Source: a bacterium (GTDB lineage Bacteria > Cyanobacteriota > Vampirovibrionia > Gastranaerophilales > Gastranaerophilaceae). From it: a stretch of DNA of 64,000 nt. Under the pieces are notes generated by a model, which had not been told where the DNA came from, made no database searches, and saw nothing but the letters and a program-made list of their open reading frames with translations. The position numbers were made by a program, and so were the translations under genes. The stretch lies in contig JAGAJM010000023.1 in NCBI GenBank assembly GCA_017626055.1, positions 17,571-81,570 of the forward strand. The letters run 5' to 3'. This document shows positions 37,194-47,497 of this stretch, piece by piece. The number at the start of each line of letters is the position of its first letter. Position 1 is the stretch's first letter.

Positions 37194-37994
37194 TTACTGA
37201 GCATTTAAAATGCTATATGCAGCATCCCAACCACTCATACCACCTCTTGTTTTAAATTTTGAAAGAGTTGATGTGCTATTTTTCTTTGCTTTTGCCTGAG
37301 CTTTTGTATTTTTTGCATCTTGTTTTTTATTTGCTTGTCTATCAGCAACCACATTATTTGCATAAGTTAAAAAGTTTCGATACTCATTACAACCATAACC
37401 TGCTTTGACTTTTGCAGGGAAAGCATAAGCTACATAGTTATAAACATTCATAGCTCTTTCTGCATTAGCTGGTTTACCTTGTAATGTTTCCCAATAAGTA
37501 CCTGTTTGTTTTGTATTAACAACAATAAGTGCAAGTGGGTTATAACCAGCATTTACCATCAATTCAGTAGCCATAATATCAGCTTCTTTATCTTCTTTTG
37601 TTGCTTTGTAATTTGCAGCAAAAGTTGAAACAGTTTCATTTGTGGTTACATTAGCACCAGTTTGAGCTTGCAACAACTCAACAAATCTACTTCTTGTAGA
37701 ATGACCACAAATAATATGCCCTAATTCATTTGCAACAACTGCTGCTACTTCATTATCATTTCCTGCGTATGATAATTCAGATGATGAAATATTAACAACT
37801 TTATCTGTTTGATAATTTGAATTATCAACTGCACCAGACACAACTGTAAATTTTACATTAGCAGTTGTAATTCCATTTTTTGTAAGTAAATTTTGTCCAA
37901 CTTCCTGAACTCTATTTGAAGCGTTATAATCAGCTGCACTAACAGGTAACACCATAGCAACTGCCATAAACAAAGATACTAAAACTTTTTTCAT
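37194..37994 (-). CDS. Secreted M48-peptidase-like protein with NExxH in place of HExxH
   Basis: Signal peptide MKKVLVSLFMAVAMVLPVSA; VANELGHIICGH; downstream EDKEADIMATELMVNAGYNP typical of M48. The Asn codon AAT was read directly. Confidence 0.7.
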   Translation of the reverse strand: MKKVLVSLFMAVAMVLPVSAADYNASNRVQEVGQNLLTKNGITTANVKFTVVSGAVDNSNYQTDKVVNISSSELSYAGNDNEVAAVVANELGHIICGHSTRSRFVELLQAQTGANVTTNETVSTFAANYKATKEDKEADIMATELMVNAGYNPLALIVVNTKQTGTYWETLQGKPANAERAMNVYNYVAYAFPAKVKAGYGCNEYRNFLTYANNVVADRQANKKQDAKNTKAQAKAKKNSTSTLSKFKTRGGMSGWDAAYSILNAQ

Positions 37995-38090
37995 ACTTCG
38001 TCTCCTTATCTATTTCACAACAATATATTATTACAAAATTACAATAAAAAAAATAATATGCTAAGATAGATTTTACAAAAGGAGAGCAAT

Positions 38091-39131
38091 ATGAAAGCAC
38101 TTGTTTATGATACAAAATTTGATGGCAATTATAAATTAATAGAAAGAGAAAAACCCTCAATTCAAGATTCAAAAGATGCAATTATAGAAGTTACGATGTC
38201 ATCAATTTGTACAAGTGACCTACATATAATCCATGGGCAAGTTCCTCGAGCAAACAACAATATTGTGCTTGGACACGAATACGTCGGAAGAGTTGTTGAA
38301 GTCGGGTCAGATGTTAAAACTTTAAAAGTAGGCGACAGAGTTAGTGCCAATTGTGAAACTTTTTGCGGAGAATGTTTTTTCTGCAAACGAGGATTTATAA
38401 ATAACTGTGAAAAAGGCGGTTGGGAAATCGGTTGCAGAATTGATGGATGTCAAGCTGAATACGTACGAGTTCCATTAGCGGACCAAGGATTAGATAAGCT
38501 TCCAGATAATGTTACTGATAAAAACGCATTATTTGTTGGAGATATTTTAGCAACAGGCTATTTTGGAGCTGAAATGTGTGAGATCACAGAAGAAGATACT
38601 ATCGCTGTTATTGGTTGTGGACCTGTTGGACTATGTTCAATGATTTGCGCTAAAGTATTAGGTGCAAAAAATATAATCGCAATTGATATTGAGCAATCAA
38701 GACTGGACCTTGCAAAATCTCAAAATCTTGCTAATCATTACATCAATTCTTCAAACTGTAATCTTGAAGAAGAAATTAAAAACCTAACCCAAAATCGAGG
38801 AGCAGACAAAGTTATAGAAGCTGCTGGAGCAAATAACACATTTGAACTAGCTTGGAAAATTGCAAGACCAAACGCAATTGTAGCAGTTGTTGCCCTATAT
38901 GAAGAAGATCAAATTTTACCTCTTCCAAAAATGTATGGCAAAAACCTTACATTCAAAACTGGTGGAATCGATGCAATTCATTCTGCAAAACTTATTGATT
39001 TAATCTCTCAAGGCAAAATAAATACTGATTTTCTAGTAACTCACACTTACAAACTCGAAAATATTATGGACGCCTACGAAACTTTTAAAACAAAAAAAGA
39101 TAATTGTATAAAAATTGCAATTGAAAAATAA
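38091..39131 (+). CDS. Zn-dependent alcohol dehydrogenase family oxidoreductase
   Basis: 346 aa; GHEYVGRVVEVG, structural Zn Cys cluster CGECFFC, Rossmann GCGPVG. Confidence 0.9.
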   Translation: MKALVYDTKFDGNYKLIEREKPSIQDSKDAIIEVTMSSICTSDLHIIHGQVPRANNNIVLGHEYVGRVVEVGSDVKTLKVGDRVSANCETFCGECFFCKRGFINNCEKGGWEIGCRIDGCQAEYVRVPLADQGLDKLPDNVTDKNALFVGDILATGYFGAEMCEITEEDTIAVIGCGPVGLCSMICAKVLGAKNIIAIDIEQSRLDLAKSQNLANHYINSSNCNLEEEIKNLTQNRGADKVIEAAGANNTFELAWKIARPNAIVAVVALYEEDQILPLPKMYGKNLTFKTGGIDAIHSAKLIDLISQGKINTDFLVTHTYKLENIMDAYETFKTKKDNCIKIAIEK

Positions 39132-39191
39132 TTTTTATCCTATTTTTGATATATAATTAAATCGAAAAATTTTGATTTGAGGATATATAAA

Positions 39192-40898
39192 ATGGACAAT
39201 TCAAACAATAAAATAGGCATAGCTCAAATAAACACTATCTCTGGCAACATCGAATACAATGCTAAAAAAATCGTTCAAGGAATAAAAAATGCTGAAGAAA
39301 ATAACCTTGACCTTGTTGTATTCCCTGAACTGGCTTTAGTTGGTTATGGATTAGAAGATACAGTTATACGCTACCCTATTATTATTGAACAAAATAAAAA
39401 ATGGGTAGAAGAAATCGCTAAAATTACAACTTCAACAACTGCTTTAGTTGGATTTTACGACCAAAAAGATGGGAAAGCGATAAACTCTATTGCCGTTTTA
39501 AATAATGGTAAAATCCAAGAAATTATTCACAAAAATCATTATAATAAAACTGAAATAAATGGAACAACTTATAAAATTACTATTGGTGATTCTTGTTTTG
39601 AAGTAAATAATGCAGAAGTTGTTATTAATTGTAATTCTACAATATCAAAACCAGATAAGGCAGAAAAATTTGAAACCCCATATTCTCAACTTGCAAGACT
39701 GATCTCAACACCAATTATATACGTTAATCAAGTTGGTGCAGTTGATGGAAATTCCTTCGATGGCGGTAGCAAACTCTTTGATAAAAACGGACAAGTTGTA
39801 GTTTGTGCAAAATCTTTTGAAGAAGACTTTTTGATTATAGATCCATTTTTAACTTCAACAGAAATAACTACACAACCTGATAACAAGGAAAAAACTTTTT
39901 CTCTTGATTACGAACCAGATATGGAAAGAACATACCAAACACTTATCCAAGGTATAAGAGATTATTTCAACAAAACTGGACTTAAAAGAGCCGTATTAGG
40001 ATTATCTGGAGGATTAGATTCAACTGTTTGTGCAGTATTACTTGCAGATGCAATAGGGGCAGAAAATGTTTATGGTATCAGTATGCCATCAAAACTTACA
40101 AGTACAGAAAGCAAAACTGACGCTGAACTTTTAGCAAACAATTTAGGTATTCATTTTGCAGAAGCGCCAATCAAAGAAATGGTAGATACTACTAACGACA
40201 ATCTTCAAACCTTATTCAAATCAGTTGAAGGAAAATGGGATTGTCGTTACAAACAATCTTATACTATGGATAATATCCAAGCTCGATCAAGAGCAGTAAT
40301 TCTATTTGGAATCAGTAATGAATTTGCAAGCTGTATTCCTATTGCAACTTCTGACAAATCAGAATCATACATGGGCTACGCTACAATCAATGGTGATATG
40401 TCAGGTGGATTTGCACCAATTGCCGATGTTACTAAAACAAAACTATTCGCACTTGCTCGATGGTTAAACAAAAATAGAGAAATTAAAAATGCAATCCCTG
40501 AATCAATAATTCTCAAACGCCCAGGTGCAGAACTTGCAATAGATCCAAAAACAGGAAAAACACTTTGTGCTGAAGATGCGCTAATGCCTTATGAATTTAT
40601 GGATGAAATAATTTGGCGTATAGAAAACAAACACGAAACTTACAACCAAATGTTAAATTCAGAATTTTTATATGAAAAAGCTCATAACATTTCAAAAGAA
40701 CAAAAAACAGAATGGTTAGATAAATTTTACAAGAGAATGAGTACCGCAATTTATAAATGGTCAATTTTCCCACCATCTGTACTTGTCGATTCTCACTCAA
40801 TAAGTAAAAACGATTATAAACAACCAATTACATCTTCAAAAATTGATTATAAAGGGATTTCAACTTCTGAAATTCAAGAGAAAATCAAAGAATTTTAG
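39192..40898 (+). CDS. nadE: Glutamine-dependent NAD+ synthetase
   Basis: N-terminal CN-hydrolase domain (VVFPELAL) plus C-terminal GLSGGLDSTV P-loop. The track starts at TTG 39177; ATG 39192 has SD GAGGA. Confidence 0.9.
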   Translation: MDNSNNKIGIAQINTISGNIEYNAKKIVQGIKNAEENNLDLVVFPELALVGYGLEDTVIRYPIIIEQNKKWVEEIAKITTSTTALVGFYDQKDGKAINSIAVLNNGKIQEIIHKNHYNKTEINGTTYKITIGDSCFEVNNAEVVINCNSTISKPDKAEKFETPYSQLARLISTPIIYVNQVGAVDGNSFDGGSKLFDKNGQVVVCAKSFEEDFLIIDPFLTSTEITTQPDNKEKTFSLDYEPDMERTYQTLIQGIRDYFNKTGLKRAVLGLSGGLDSTVCAVLLADAIGAENVYGISMPSKLTSTESKTDAELLANNLGIHFAEAPIKEMVDTTNDNLQTLFKSVEGKWDCRYKQSYTMDNIQARSRAVILFGISNEFASCIPIATSDKSESYMGYATINGDMSGGFAPIADVTKTKLFALARWLNKNREIKNAIPESIILKRPGAELAIDPKTGKTLCAEDALMPYEFMDEIIWRIENKHETYNQMLNSEFLYEKAHNISKEQKTEWLDKFYKRMSTAIYKWSIFPPSVLVDSHSISKNDYKQPITSSKIDYKGISTSEIQEKIKEF

Positions 40899-40950
40899 CT
40901 AATTGATATAAATAATTTTTGTTATATTATAAGCTCAAAAGGATAATTTA

Positions 40951-42057
40951 ATGAAAAAAATAAGCATACTTGAGCAATTGTATAAACAGTCCCCAATGGA
41001 CTTTTACACAAAAAACAAGAAAAAAACAGTTATCAGATCAACAAATAATGCTTCGTTTCTTGGTTACAAATTTAACAGGGAATTTAGCGAAGCAGAAATT
41101 GACAACGTCTGGTCAAAAATTCGTGTTTATAAAAGGTTTTCTGTTGTTTTTGTTTTTATATTGTTCGTTGCACTTTTGTATGAATTTATATTCCCAAAAT
41201 TTGCACTGTTTATAAATAATAGTTGGTATGTCAATGCATTCATTATGTTCGGAATTCTTGTAATTGTTAGCCAATTTATTACAACAATTAGTACATTCAT
41301 TTTCGAAAAAAGCTTACTTGAAGAATATGGCAAATATGAAAAAGTATATTTTGAACATTCAAAAACTATTGATAAAAAATACTATTCATTATTTAAATCG
41401 GAGCTTATAAAAGCAAATATTGCACTTGTTTTAGTATTCATAAGCGCAACATTTTTCTCACCTTTTGAATACGCACAAAGCTTAATTAATAAACAACGAT
41501 ACAAAGATGCAATAAAAATCACAACAATAGGTGCAAAAATACTACCTGTTGTCCCAGAGTGGTACTCATTAAGAGGTTATGCAAACTTCCAACTAGAAAA
41601 CTACGACAAAGCAATCAAAGATTACGACAAAGCCTACACACTTAGCGCTGACGGATTTAATATTATGAACTTTGATAATAAAATTTTTGTAAAATACTAC
41701 TTGGGAGATTACGAAAATGCTATCGCTGATTTTGATAAAGAAATTAAAAACGCTGACAATGAAAACGAAAAAGATCAATTTTTATGGGATAAAGCACAAT
41801 TTTTATACAACATAAAAAAATATAATGATGCACTAAGTGTTTATAATGATTTAATTATAAAAGCTGAAAGTGATAGAATTTTCTTATTAAAAGACAGATT
41901 ATACTTAGAAAGAGCAGAAGTTAATAAGAAACTAAAAAAATATGATGATGCAAAAAATGATGCTCTAACAGCTGGTTTAAGTGATTTTAATTCATTTAAA
42001 AATCCGATACCAAAACCAATGTTGATGCTTGATGAAGAAACATTTTATTCATACTAA
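40951..42057 (+). CDS. Membrane protein with C-terminal TPR-like repeats
   Basis: 368 aa; 3-4 TM segments, then Y..A…Y repeats. Confidence 0.65.
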   Translation: MKKISILEQLYKQSPMDFYTKNKKKTVIRSTNNASFLGYKFNREFSEAEIDNVWSKIRVYKRFSVVFVFILFVALLYEFIFPKFALFINNSWYVNAFIMFGILVIVSQFITTISTFIFEKSLLEEYGKYEKVYFEHSKTIDKKYYSLFKSELIKANIALVLVFISATFFSPFEYAQSLINKQRYKDAIKITTIGAKILPVVPEWYSLRGYANFQLENYDKAIKDYDKAYTLSADGFNIMNFDNKIFVKYYLGDYENAIADFDKEIKNADNENEKDQFLWDKAQFLYNIKKYNDALSVYNDLIIKAESDRIFLLKDRLYLERAEVNKKLKKYDDAKNDALTAGLSDFNSFKNPIPKPMLMLDEETFYSY

Positions 42058-42065
42058 TAAAAAAA

Positions 42066-42096
42066 TAAAACCGCTATCGATATAGCGGTTTTTTAT
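42066..42096. terminator. Bidirectional intrinsic terminator
   Basis: CCGCTAT-CGAT-ATAGCGG flanked by an A-run and a T-run; sits between convergent genes. Confidence 0.7.
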
Positions 42097-42102
42097 TTTT
42101 AT

Positions 42103-45100
42103 TTATTTTTCATCATCTTTATTAAATTTATCTTTTAATTTATCAAACCAAGATTTATCATCATCTTTAACTTGACGTTTTGTGCCGACCGCAGCAGCTT
42201 GTTCTGCCCTTAATTGAATTAACTCTTCAACTGACAAACCTTCTTCACCTTCTGCTGGTACAGGGATTGTATCAACAAAATTCTGAGCTGAAGCTATTTC
42301 AGAATCTAAAGCTAACCACTTGAACGATTTAATCATTTTTAAAGGTTTTCTTGTGTCGCCACGAAGTACAATCTGGAATTTTGTAGCATACTCATCAGAT
42401 TTTCCTTCACCTAATTTTGGTAAAGCATCCATTTCTTCTTGAGAAACTTCTTCACAGAATAAAGCAAAAGTTTTTGCAGCCACAACATTTAAACCTGGAG
42501 TATTCTTAATTAAATTCACTGGGTTAATATTTGCCAATGGCCCAAGACTATCAGAAATCATTGAACCTAATTTACCACGAACTTTCATATCTGCACTACT
42601 ATCAATCAAGCCAACTTTACCTGCAATATACAACGACATAACATCACCTTGACTCTTAATTGGAGCAATATTTGCAAAACCACCATCAAAAGTCATATGA
42701 CCATATAGTTCGTTAAATCTTGAAGTATCAATTGTAACTATATTAGTAATTATTGAACCAATTGTTGATGAGAAGAATGGGTTTTCTCTGATATTTTCAG
42801 CCATCAAGAAGTTCTCTAATTTACCAAAAGGACCAAGCTGACCTTCTTTAATATTGAAATCTACGTAACCTTTCAAGCTTTCCATTTGCTCTGTCATTGA
42901 AACTCCAGAAAGTGTCACATCTGCAACGAAATTCATATCTCCAGATATCATATCTTTCATTTGCATTGCATCTAATAAAACTTTTTCCATATCAAAGTTT
43001 TTACCAATCAATTTTGCAACAATATCTGTTGTAACAAGATTCATTGACACATTACCTACAACATCACCATCAATCGGATGGGTTTTCAAATCATCTAAAT
43101 AAAACACATTATCGTGCATTGAGATTCTACCAGTGGTATTTTTTACAACAATATCACCAGTTGTAATTTTTCTAATATTTATACCACCCCTTAACACTTC
43201 AATTGGAATATCCGCAGGTTCAGATTTTACTGTTGACTCAGGAGCCTTTGGTAATGTTGCCAAAGCGGCTTCTGAAACTTTCATTAACTTATCCAAATCT
43301 ATCAATCTAGAATTTAATCGAACATCTGCTATTTTAGAAGATTTTAATAAATCCCAATTTGTTAAGATATTGATATTAAAATCTGAACTATTAGCAACAA
43401 CATCTCTAATATTAAGTGAAACATCAGTTGCACCCATATCTAGAGCAATATCTCTAACAGTTGTCATAAGTTCAGGAATACTCACGTTTCTAATATTGAA
43501 ATCCCCAGAAATTTTTGGATCTTCAATTTTGCCATAAGCGTGAACTTTACCCTTTGCACTAAATCGTGATTTTGGGAATATACAAATTGAACCATTTAAA
43601 TCTTCTTTAACCATAACTTTAAATAGATTAATAAATGGAGTTGTACTTAAATTTGAAACCATCGCTCTTAAACCGACAATTTCTCTTGCGTTGAGTAAGT
43701 TTGTAGATAATTCATTTCTAAACTCAGCATTTGATTTTCTTACATATAATCCTGATTTATAAACTTTAATTACGTCAGCATTTTTTTCTAACAAGAATTG
43801 AAGAAGCATATTCTTACCAGTAAGCTGATCTATTTTAACTGGTGTAATAAACGAATCAGCACTAGATTGCGCTTGAACAACCGCCTTCATTTTTTTGCCT
43901 TTTGAATTAAAATTAGCCTTTACAGGAATACCACCTTTTGAGTGTAAATATGGAGCAACCAATTCTCCAACTAAAGTTTTTAAATCATAATCATACAACA
44001 CACCATCAGCAACAAATTTAACATCAGGATTTGTTAGATAATCCATCACTTGTGCATTAAAAGTTATAATCGAATCTTTGTTAAGTCTTGCTCTAGAATC
44101 TCTTAGAGCAATATCCTTATCATTGAAATCCGCAATTAATAACTCATCTGCAATAACAGAATTTGTTGCGGGGATAGATAGCGCAAAACCTTGATTTTTG
44201 AATTTACCACGCAATAAAGCTGGGGTATTTATAATACCAAATCTTGCTAGTTTATTTGAAACTACAAAATTATTTAATTTATCCGCAAATACAAAATCTT
44301 CAACATCAGCCTTTGCTAACGCAATCACATCTTTGATTTCTCCAGTCATTTTAGCTTTCAAAGACAAATAACCAGATCTCAAATCATACGCATTTTTAAT
44401 TTCTTTTGGGGCAAAAGCCAAGTACAACCCAGGTAAAGGAATTCTTTCAGCATCGATTTTTACATCCGCCAAAGATGTTTCATCGATCTTACCAGATATA
44501 TTTAAAGGTTGTTTATTGATTAAAACATGAGTATCTTTAACTTGTAGCATATTATTATCTAACAAGAAATTAGCATTTATATTTTCAAATAAAAGTCCAA
44601 CATTTCTGTCGTAAATATTTCCTTCTCTGATAACAAAATTACCTTGAGATTCAAGTGTTTTAAAATTAGTTTTCACTCTAAAATCTGACTGCAAGTATCC
44701 ACCAGCCGACATATTTTCAATGCCATTTTTTATGTGAATAGTATCCATATACGCTTTTACAATTGTTAGAACATTTGCGAAATGCAATTTTGGAGCTTTA
44801 ACTGAAAAGTCAACATATGGATTTTTACCATAATTTACTTGTCCTAACAAACTAAGACTTTCGATATCAGTAACATATAAATTAGTGTCAATATCTAGAA
44901 CTTGACCTTTCGCTAAAACATTAAAGTATGATTTTGGCAATTCTAATCCAGCTAAAGTCAAAGTGGTATTGTCAATATTCACAAAACCTTTTGCACTAAT
45001 TTTTTTATCTTTTTTATTTTGTCTTACACGTAATTTCGAATTTATATCGGATTTTAAATTATAATCACGATACACTAAAACTGGATTGATAAAAGGCAGA

Positions 45101-45846
45101 GCAAATACCGCTTCATCGTCTTCTTCAACCTCTTGAGGAGTAAATTCTGGAATAAATGTTCCTAAATCTAAATTTGCAGTAATATTAACATTTTCATCAC
45201 TCAAGACCTCTGCATTAGTCTTCAACTTAGCAAATTTACCATTGAAATAACCCAATTTTAACTCTTCACCTTTAAGAGTTAAACTATGACCTGCTTTTAA
45301 ATCATTAACAATTGCTTTATAATTGTTTAATTTTAACGCTGGGACATACACTTTTATTTTTGACGGATCAAAAGGTAGGGCTTTTTCTTCTTCTACATTA
45401 CTTTGAGGATTTGCACGGCGTTCAGCTCTTTGCTTATTGATTATATCTTCATAGACTTTTGCAACTTTAAATTTCTCACCATTCATTATCTCAACATTTA
45501 GAAATGGAGTTTCAACTTCTGCACAAGTAACTCTTACACTAAGCCATAACAAACTAGGAAGAAAAACTTTTCCTTTTATTGAATCCGCGCTAAATAAAAC
45601 AGAACCATCTGGCAAAGTTATACTCAAATTTTTAATTCTTGCGCCAGCTTCTAAAATTGGACTTGTAATAACATCAACTTTCTCGAAATCTACCACAAGT
45701 TCTGTACTATCTTTAACAGCTTGTTGTATTTGTGGTTTATAAGCATTTATATTTATTGCTCTTGGCAGAACAAATAAAAATACTAAATATAAACACAATA
45801 ATATTGATAAAAATACATAACCAGTAATTTTGAAAAATTTACGCAT
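42103..45846 (-). CDS. Giant AsmA/TamB-like envelope biogenesis protein
   Basis: About 1247 aa from ATG 45846 (SD GGAGG at 5 nt; the track ORF starts earlier). It has an N-terminal TM anchor and a long beta-rich body. The family call rests on size and architecture only. Confidence 0.55.
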   Translation of the reverse strand: MRKFFKITGYVFLSILLCLYLVFLFVLPRAININAYKPQIQQAVKDSTELVVDFEKVDVITSPILEAGARIKNLSITLPDGSVLFSADSIKGKVFLPSLLWLSVRVTCAEVETPFLNVEIMNGEKFKVAKVYEDIINKQRAERRANPQSNVEEEKALPFDPSKIKVYVPALKLNNYKAIVNDLKAGHSLTLKGEELKLGYFNGKFAKLKTNAEVLSDENVNITANLDLGTFIPEFTPQEVEEDDEAVFALPFINPVLVYRDYNLKSDINSKLRVRQNKKDKKISAKGFVNIDNTTLTLAGLELPKSYFNVLAKGQVLDIDTNLYVTDIESLSLLGQVNYGKNPYVDFSVKAPKLHFANVLTIVKAYMDTIHIKNGIENMSAGGYLQSDFRVKTNFKTLESQGNFVIREGNIYDRNVGLLFENINANFLLDNNMLQVKDTHVLINKQPLNISGKIDETSLADVKIDAERIPLPGLYLAFAPKEIKNAYDLRSGYLSLKAKMTGEIKDVIALAKADVEDFVFADKLNNFVVSNKLARFGIINTPALLRGKFKNQGFALSIPATNSVIADELLIADFNDKDIALRDSRARLNKDSIITFNAQVMDYLTNPDVKFVADGVLYDYDLKTLVGELVAPYLHSKGGIPVKANFNSKGKKMKAVVQAQSSADSFITPVKIDQLTGKNMLLQFLLEKNADVIKVYKSGLYVRKSNAEFRNELSTNLLNAREIVGLRAMVSNLSTTPFINLFKVMVKEDLNGSICIFPKSRFSAKGKVHAYGKIEDPKISGDFNIRNVSIPELMTTVRDIALDMGATDVSLNIRDVVANSSDFNINILTNWDLLKSSKIADVRLNSRLIDLDKLMKVSEAALATLPKAPESTVKSEPADIPIEVLRGGINIRKITTGDIVVKNTTGRISMHDNVFYLDDLKTHPIDGDVVGNVSMNLVTTDIVAKLIGKNFDMEKVLLDAMQMKDMISGDMNFVADVTLSGVSMTEQMESLKGYVDFNIKEGQLGPFGKLENFLMAENIRENPFFSSTIGSIITNIVTIDTSRFNELYGHMTFDGGFANIAPIKSQGDVMSLYIAGKVGLIDSSADMKVRGKLGSMISDSLGPLANINPVNLIKNTPGLNVVAAKTFALFCEEVSQEEMDALPKLGEGKSDEYATKFQIVLRGDTRKPLKMIKSFKWLALDSEIASAQNFVDTIPVPAEGEEGLSVEELIQLRAEQAAAVGTKRQVKDDDKSWFDKLKDKFNKDDEK

Positions 45847-45940
45847 AAAGCCTCCGTGATATATCCCTACCAAAAGTATAAAATAAACATGGGTTAAAAA
45901 TATTAGCAAAGACTCATGAATTTACATAAAGAAATATATT

Positions 45941-46516
45941 TTATTTTGCAAAATGATATTGTTGAAAAAGGACATCCAATGCTTCTTTTTCAGTATTAGA
46001 AATTTTTGCAAATACAAACATTGTACCCTCTTGAGGATTTATAACACAAAACTTTCCACAATATTCTTTCAAGTCTTTATAAGCAATTTTATCTTCACGC
46101 AAAACAAACTTAGGAGTATCTGTATCTTCTAAAATAGTCAAATTAAAAGAGTTTGGATATTCATTCACCAAAGACTTTACCCTATCATAAAAAGCTCTAA
46201 AAGCAGGTTCATTTTTATCGATATTATCCTTAGGTTTAAAAATCATCACTGTACATTTTGGAGATGTATTATAAACGTAAGAAAAATCTTTGTTGTATAT
46301 CAAAAAATCCTCAACATAATTAGGAATATTATATACGCTATATCTTATATTTGAATTGAACAAATAAGTTGCTAGAATTTGAGGTAAAGTACCAGAATCC
46401 TCTGTTTGAAAATACTCATACCTTTCACCACTAATTGTAAACGAAAAGAAATGAGAATCTTTAAGGCAAAATAGCCCCAATAAAACAACAATTAAAAATG
46501 CCATAAAATGTTTCAT
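45941..46516 (-). CDS. Hypothetical 191-aa exported protein
   Basis: ATG 46516 with SD GAGGA; N-terminal hydrophobic signal or anchor. Confidence 0.6.
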   Translation of the reverse strand: MKHFMAFLIVVLLGLFCLKDSHFFSFTISGERYEYFQTEDSGTLPQILATYLFNSNIRYSVYNIPNYVEDFLIYNKDFSYVYNTSPKCTVMIFKPKDNIDKNEPAFRAFYDRVKSLVNEYPNSFNLTILEDTDTPKFVLREDKIAYKDLKEYCGKFCVINPQEGTMFVFAKISNTEKEALDVLFQQYHFAK

Positions 46517-46557
46517 TATAATCCTCAAATTTAAAATAAATATATCATATTTTTAAG

Positions 46558-46585
46558 ATAAAAAAAAGAGTCTCAAATGAGACTC
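46558..46585 (-). terminator. Orphan minus-strand intrinsic terminator
   Basis: GAGTCTC-AAAT-GAGACTC followed (on the minus strand) by T8. No annotated minus-strand gene lies upstream of it. Confidence 0.5.
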
Positions 46586-46754
46586 GTTGGAATTAAGAAT
46601 AGCTGGAAGTATGAAAAAGATTAATTATATTTAACCTTATAAAAAGTTTTACACCATTAACTGATTGGATATATTTTTCGTAAAAAATTATAAATAGGAT
46701 GATGACAGAATATAACTATTTGTGGTATTGTGTTGATGTCAAAAAGGGGGATTT

Positions 46755-47462
46755 ATGAAAAAACGCTACATATTAGGAGCTTTTGTTGGAATAATATTAA
46801 TTCTATTTTTTGTGAGAGTATTATATAGTTTAGACCGAAACGAAACTAAAAGAAACTCTATGATACCTCGTATTGGTCAAAAAATGTGGACTTACAATAT
46901 GAACAAATACGAATGGCGTAATTATAGCGAAAATGATTCTGAAACCTCAAAAGAAGAAATTGTCTTACAAGTAAGAATACCTGAAGGAAAAGGGGATTAT
47001 GACGGATACTATCTTCTTACCGATAACGCACAAGTTCCAAAAGAAAACGTTTGGATAGGAGAAGCTAGCCAAGAATTTTTAAGAGGCAAAAAATTATATT
47101 CATACTTCCCAAGACATTACGAATACTTCGAAGTAATTTTTAATGGCGTAAAATTTGTACCTAAAAAACTTCAAGATGATGAAATTTTATCACTATTCAA
47201 AGGTCATAAATTAATAAAAGTATCAGAGTTAGTAAAAGGTCCATTAGAAATTCCTTTTTCTAAAAAAGAAAATAAATTTGTTTTAATTAATGATATTGGA
47301 GATGATTTTTACAAATACTATATTGTCCCAAATGATAGTAAACAATTACAAATTGGAGAATTTTCAAACCTTTTCACGGTAACGGATAAAGTAAACATAA
47401 AAATCCAAAGATTAGAAGGTTGTACAAAAGCATACCCTTGTTATGAAATCAACATAAAATAA
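46755..47462 (+). CDS. Hypothetical 235-aa membrane-anchored protein
   Basis: SD AAGGGGG; N-terminal TM helix. Confidence 0.6.
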   Translation: MKKRYILGAFVGIILILFFVRVLYSLDRNETKRNSMIPRIGQKMWTYNMNKYEWRNYSENDSETSKEEIVLQVRIPEGKGDYDGYYLLTDNAQVPKENVWIGEASQEFLRGKKLYSYFPRHYEYFEVIFNGVKFVPKKLQDDEILSLFKGHKLIKVSELVKGPLEIPFSKKENKFVLINDIGDDFYKYYIVPNDSKQLQIGEFSNLFTVTDKVNIKIQRLEGCTKAYPCYEINIK

Positions 47463-47497
47463 TTATGTTTATGTTATTGTAATTTTAGGCAGGAAAT

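Noticed and set aside
37939-38181. 80-aa minus-strand ORF spanning the adh start region
   Set aside because: It overlaps two real genes and their intergenic promoter region. No SD, and the composition is hydrophobic and low-complexity.
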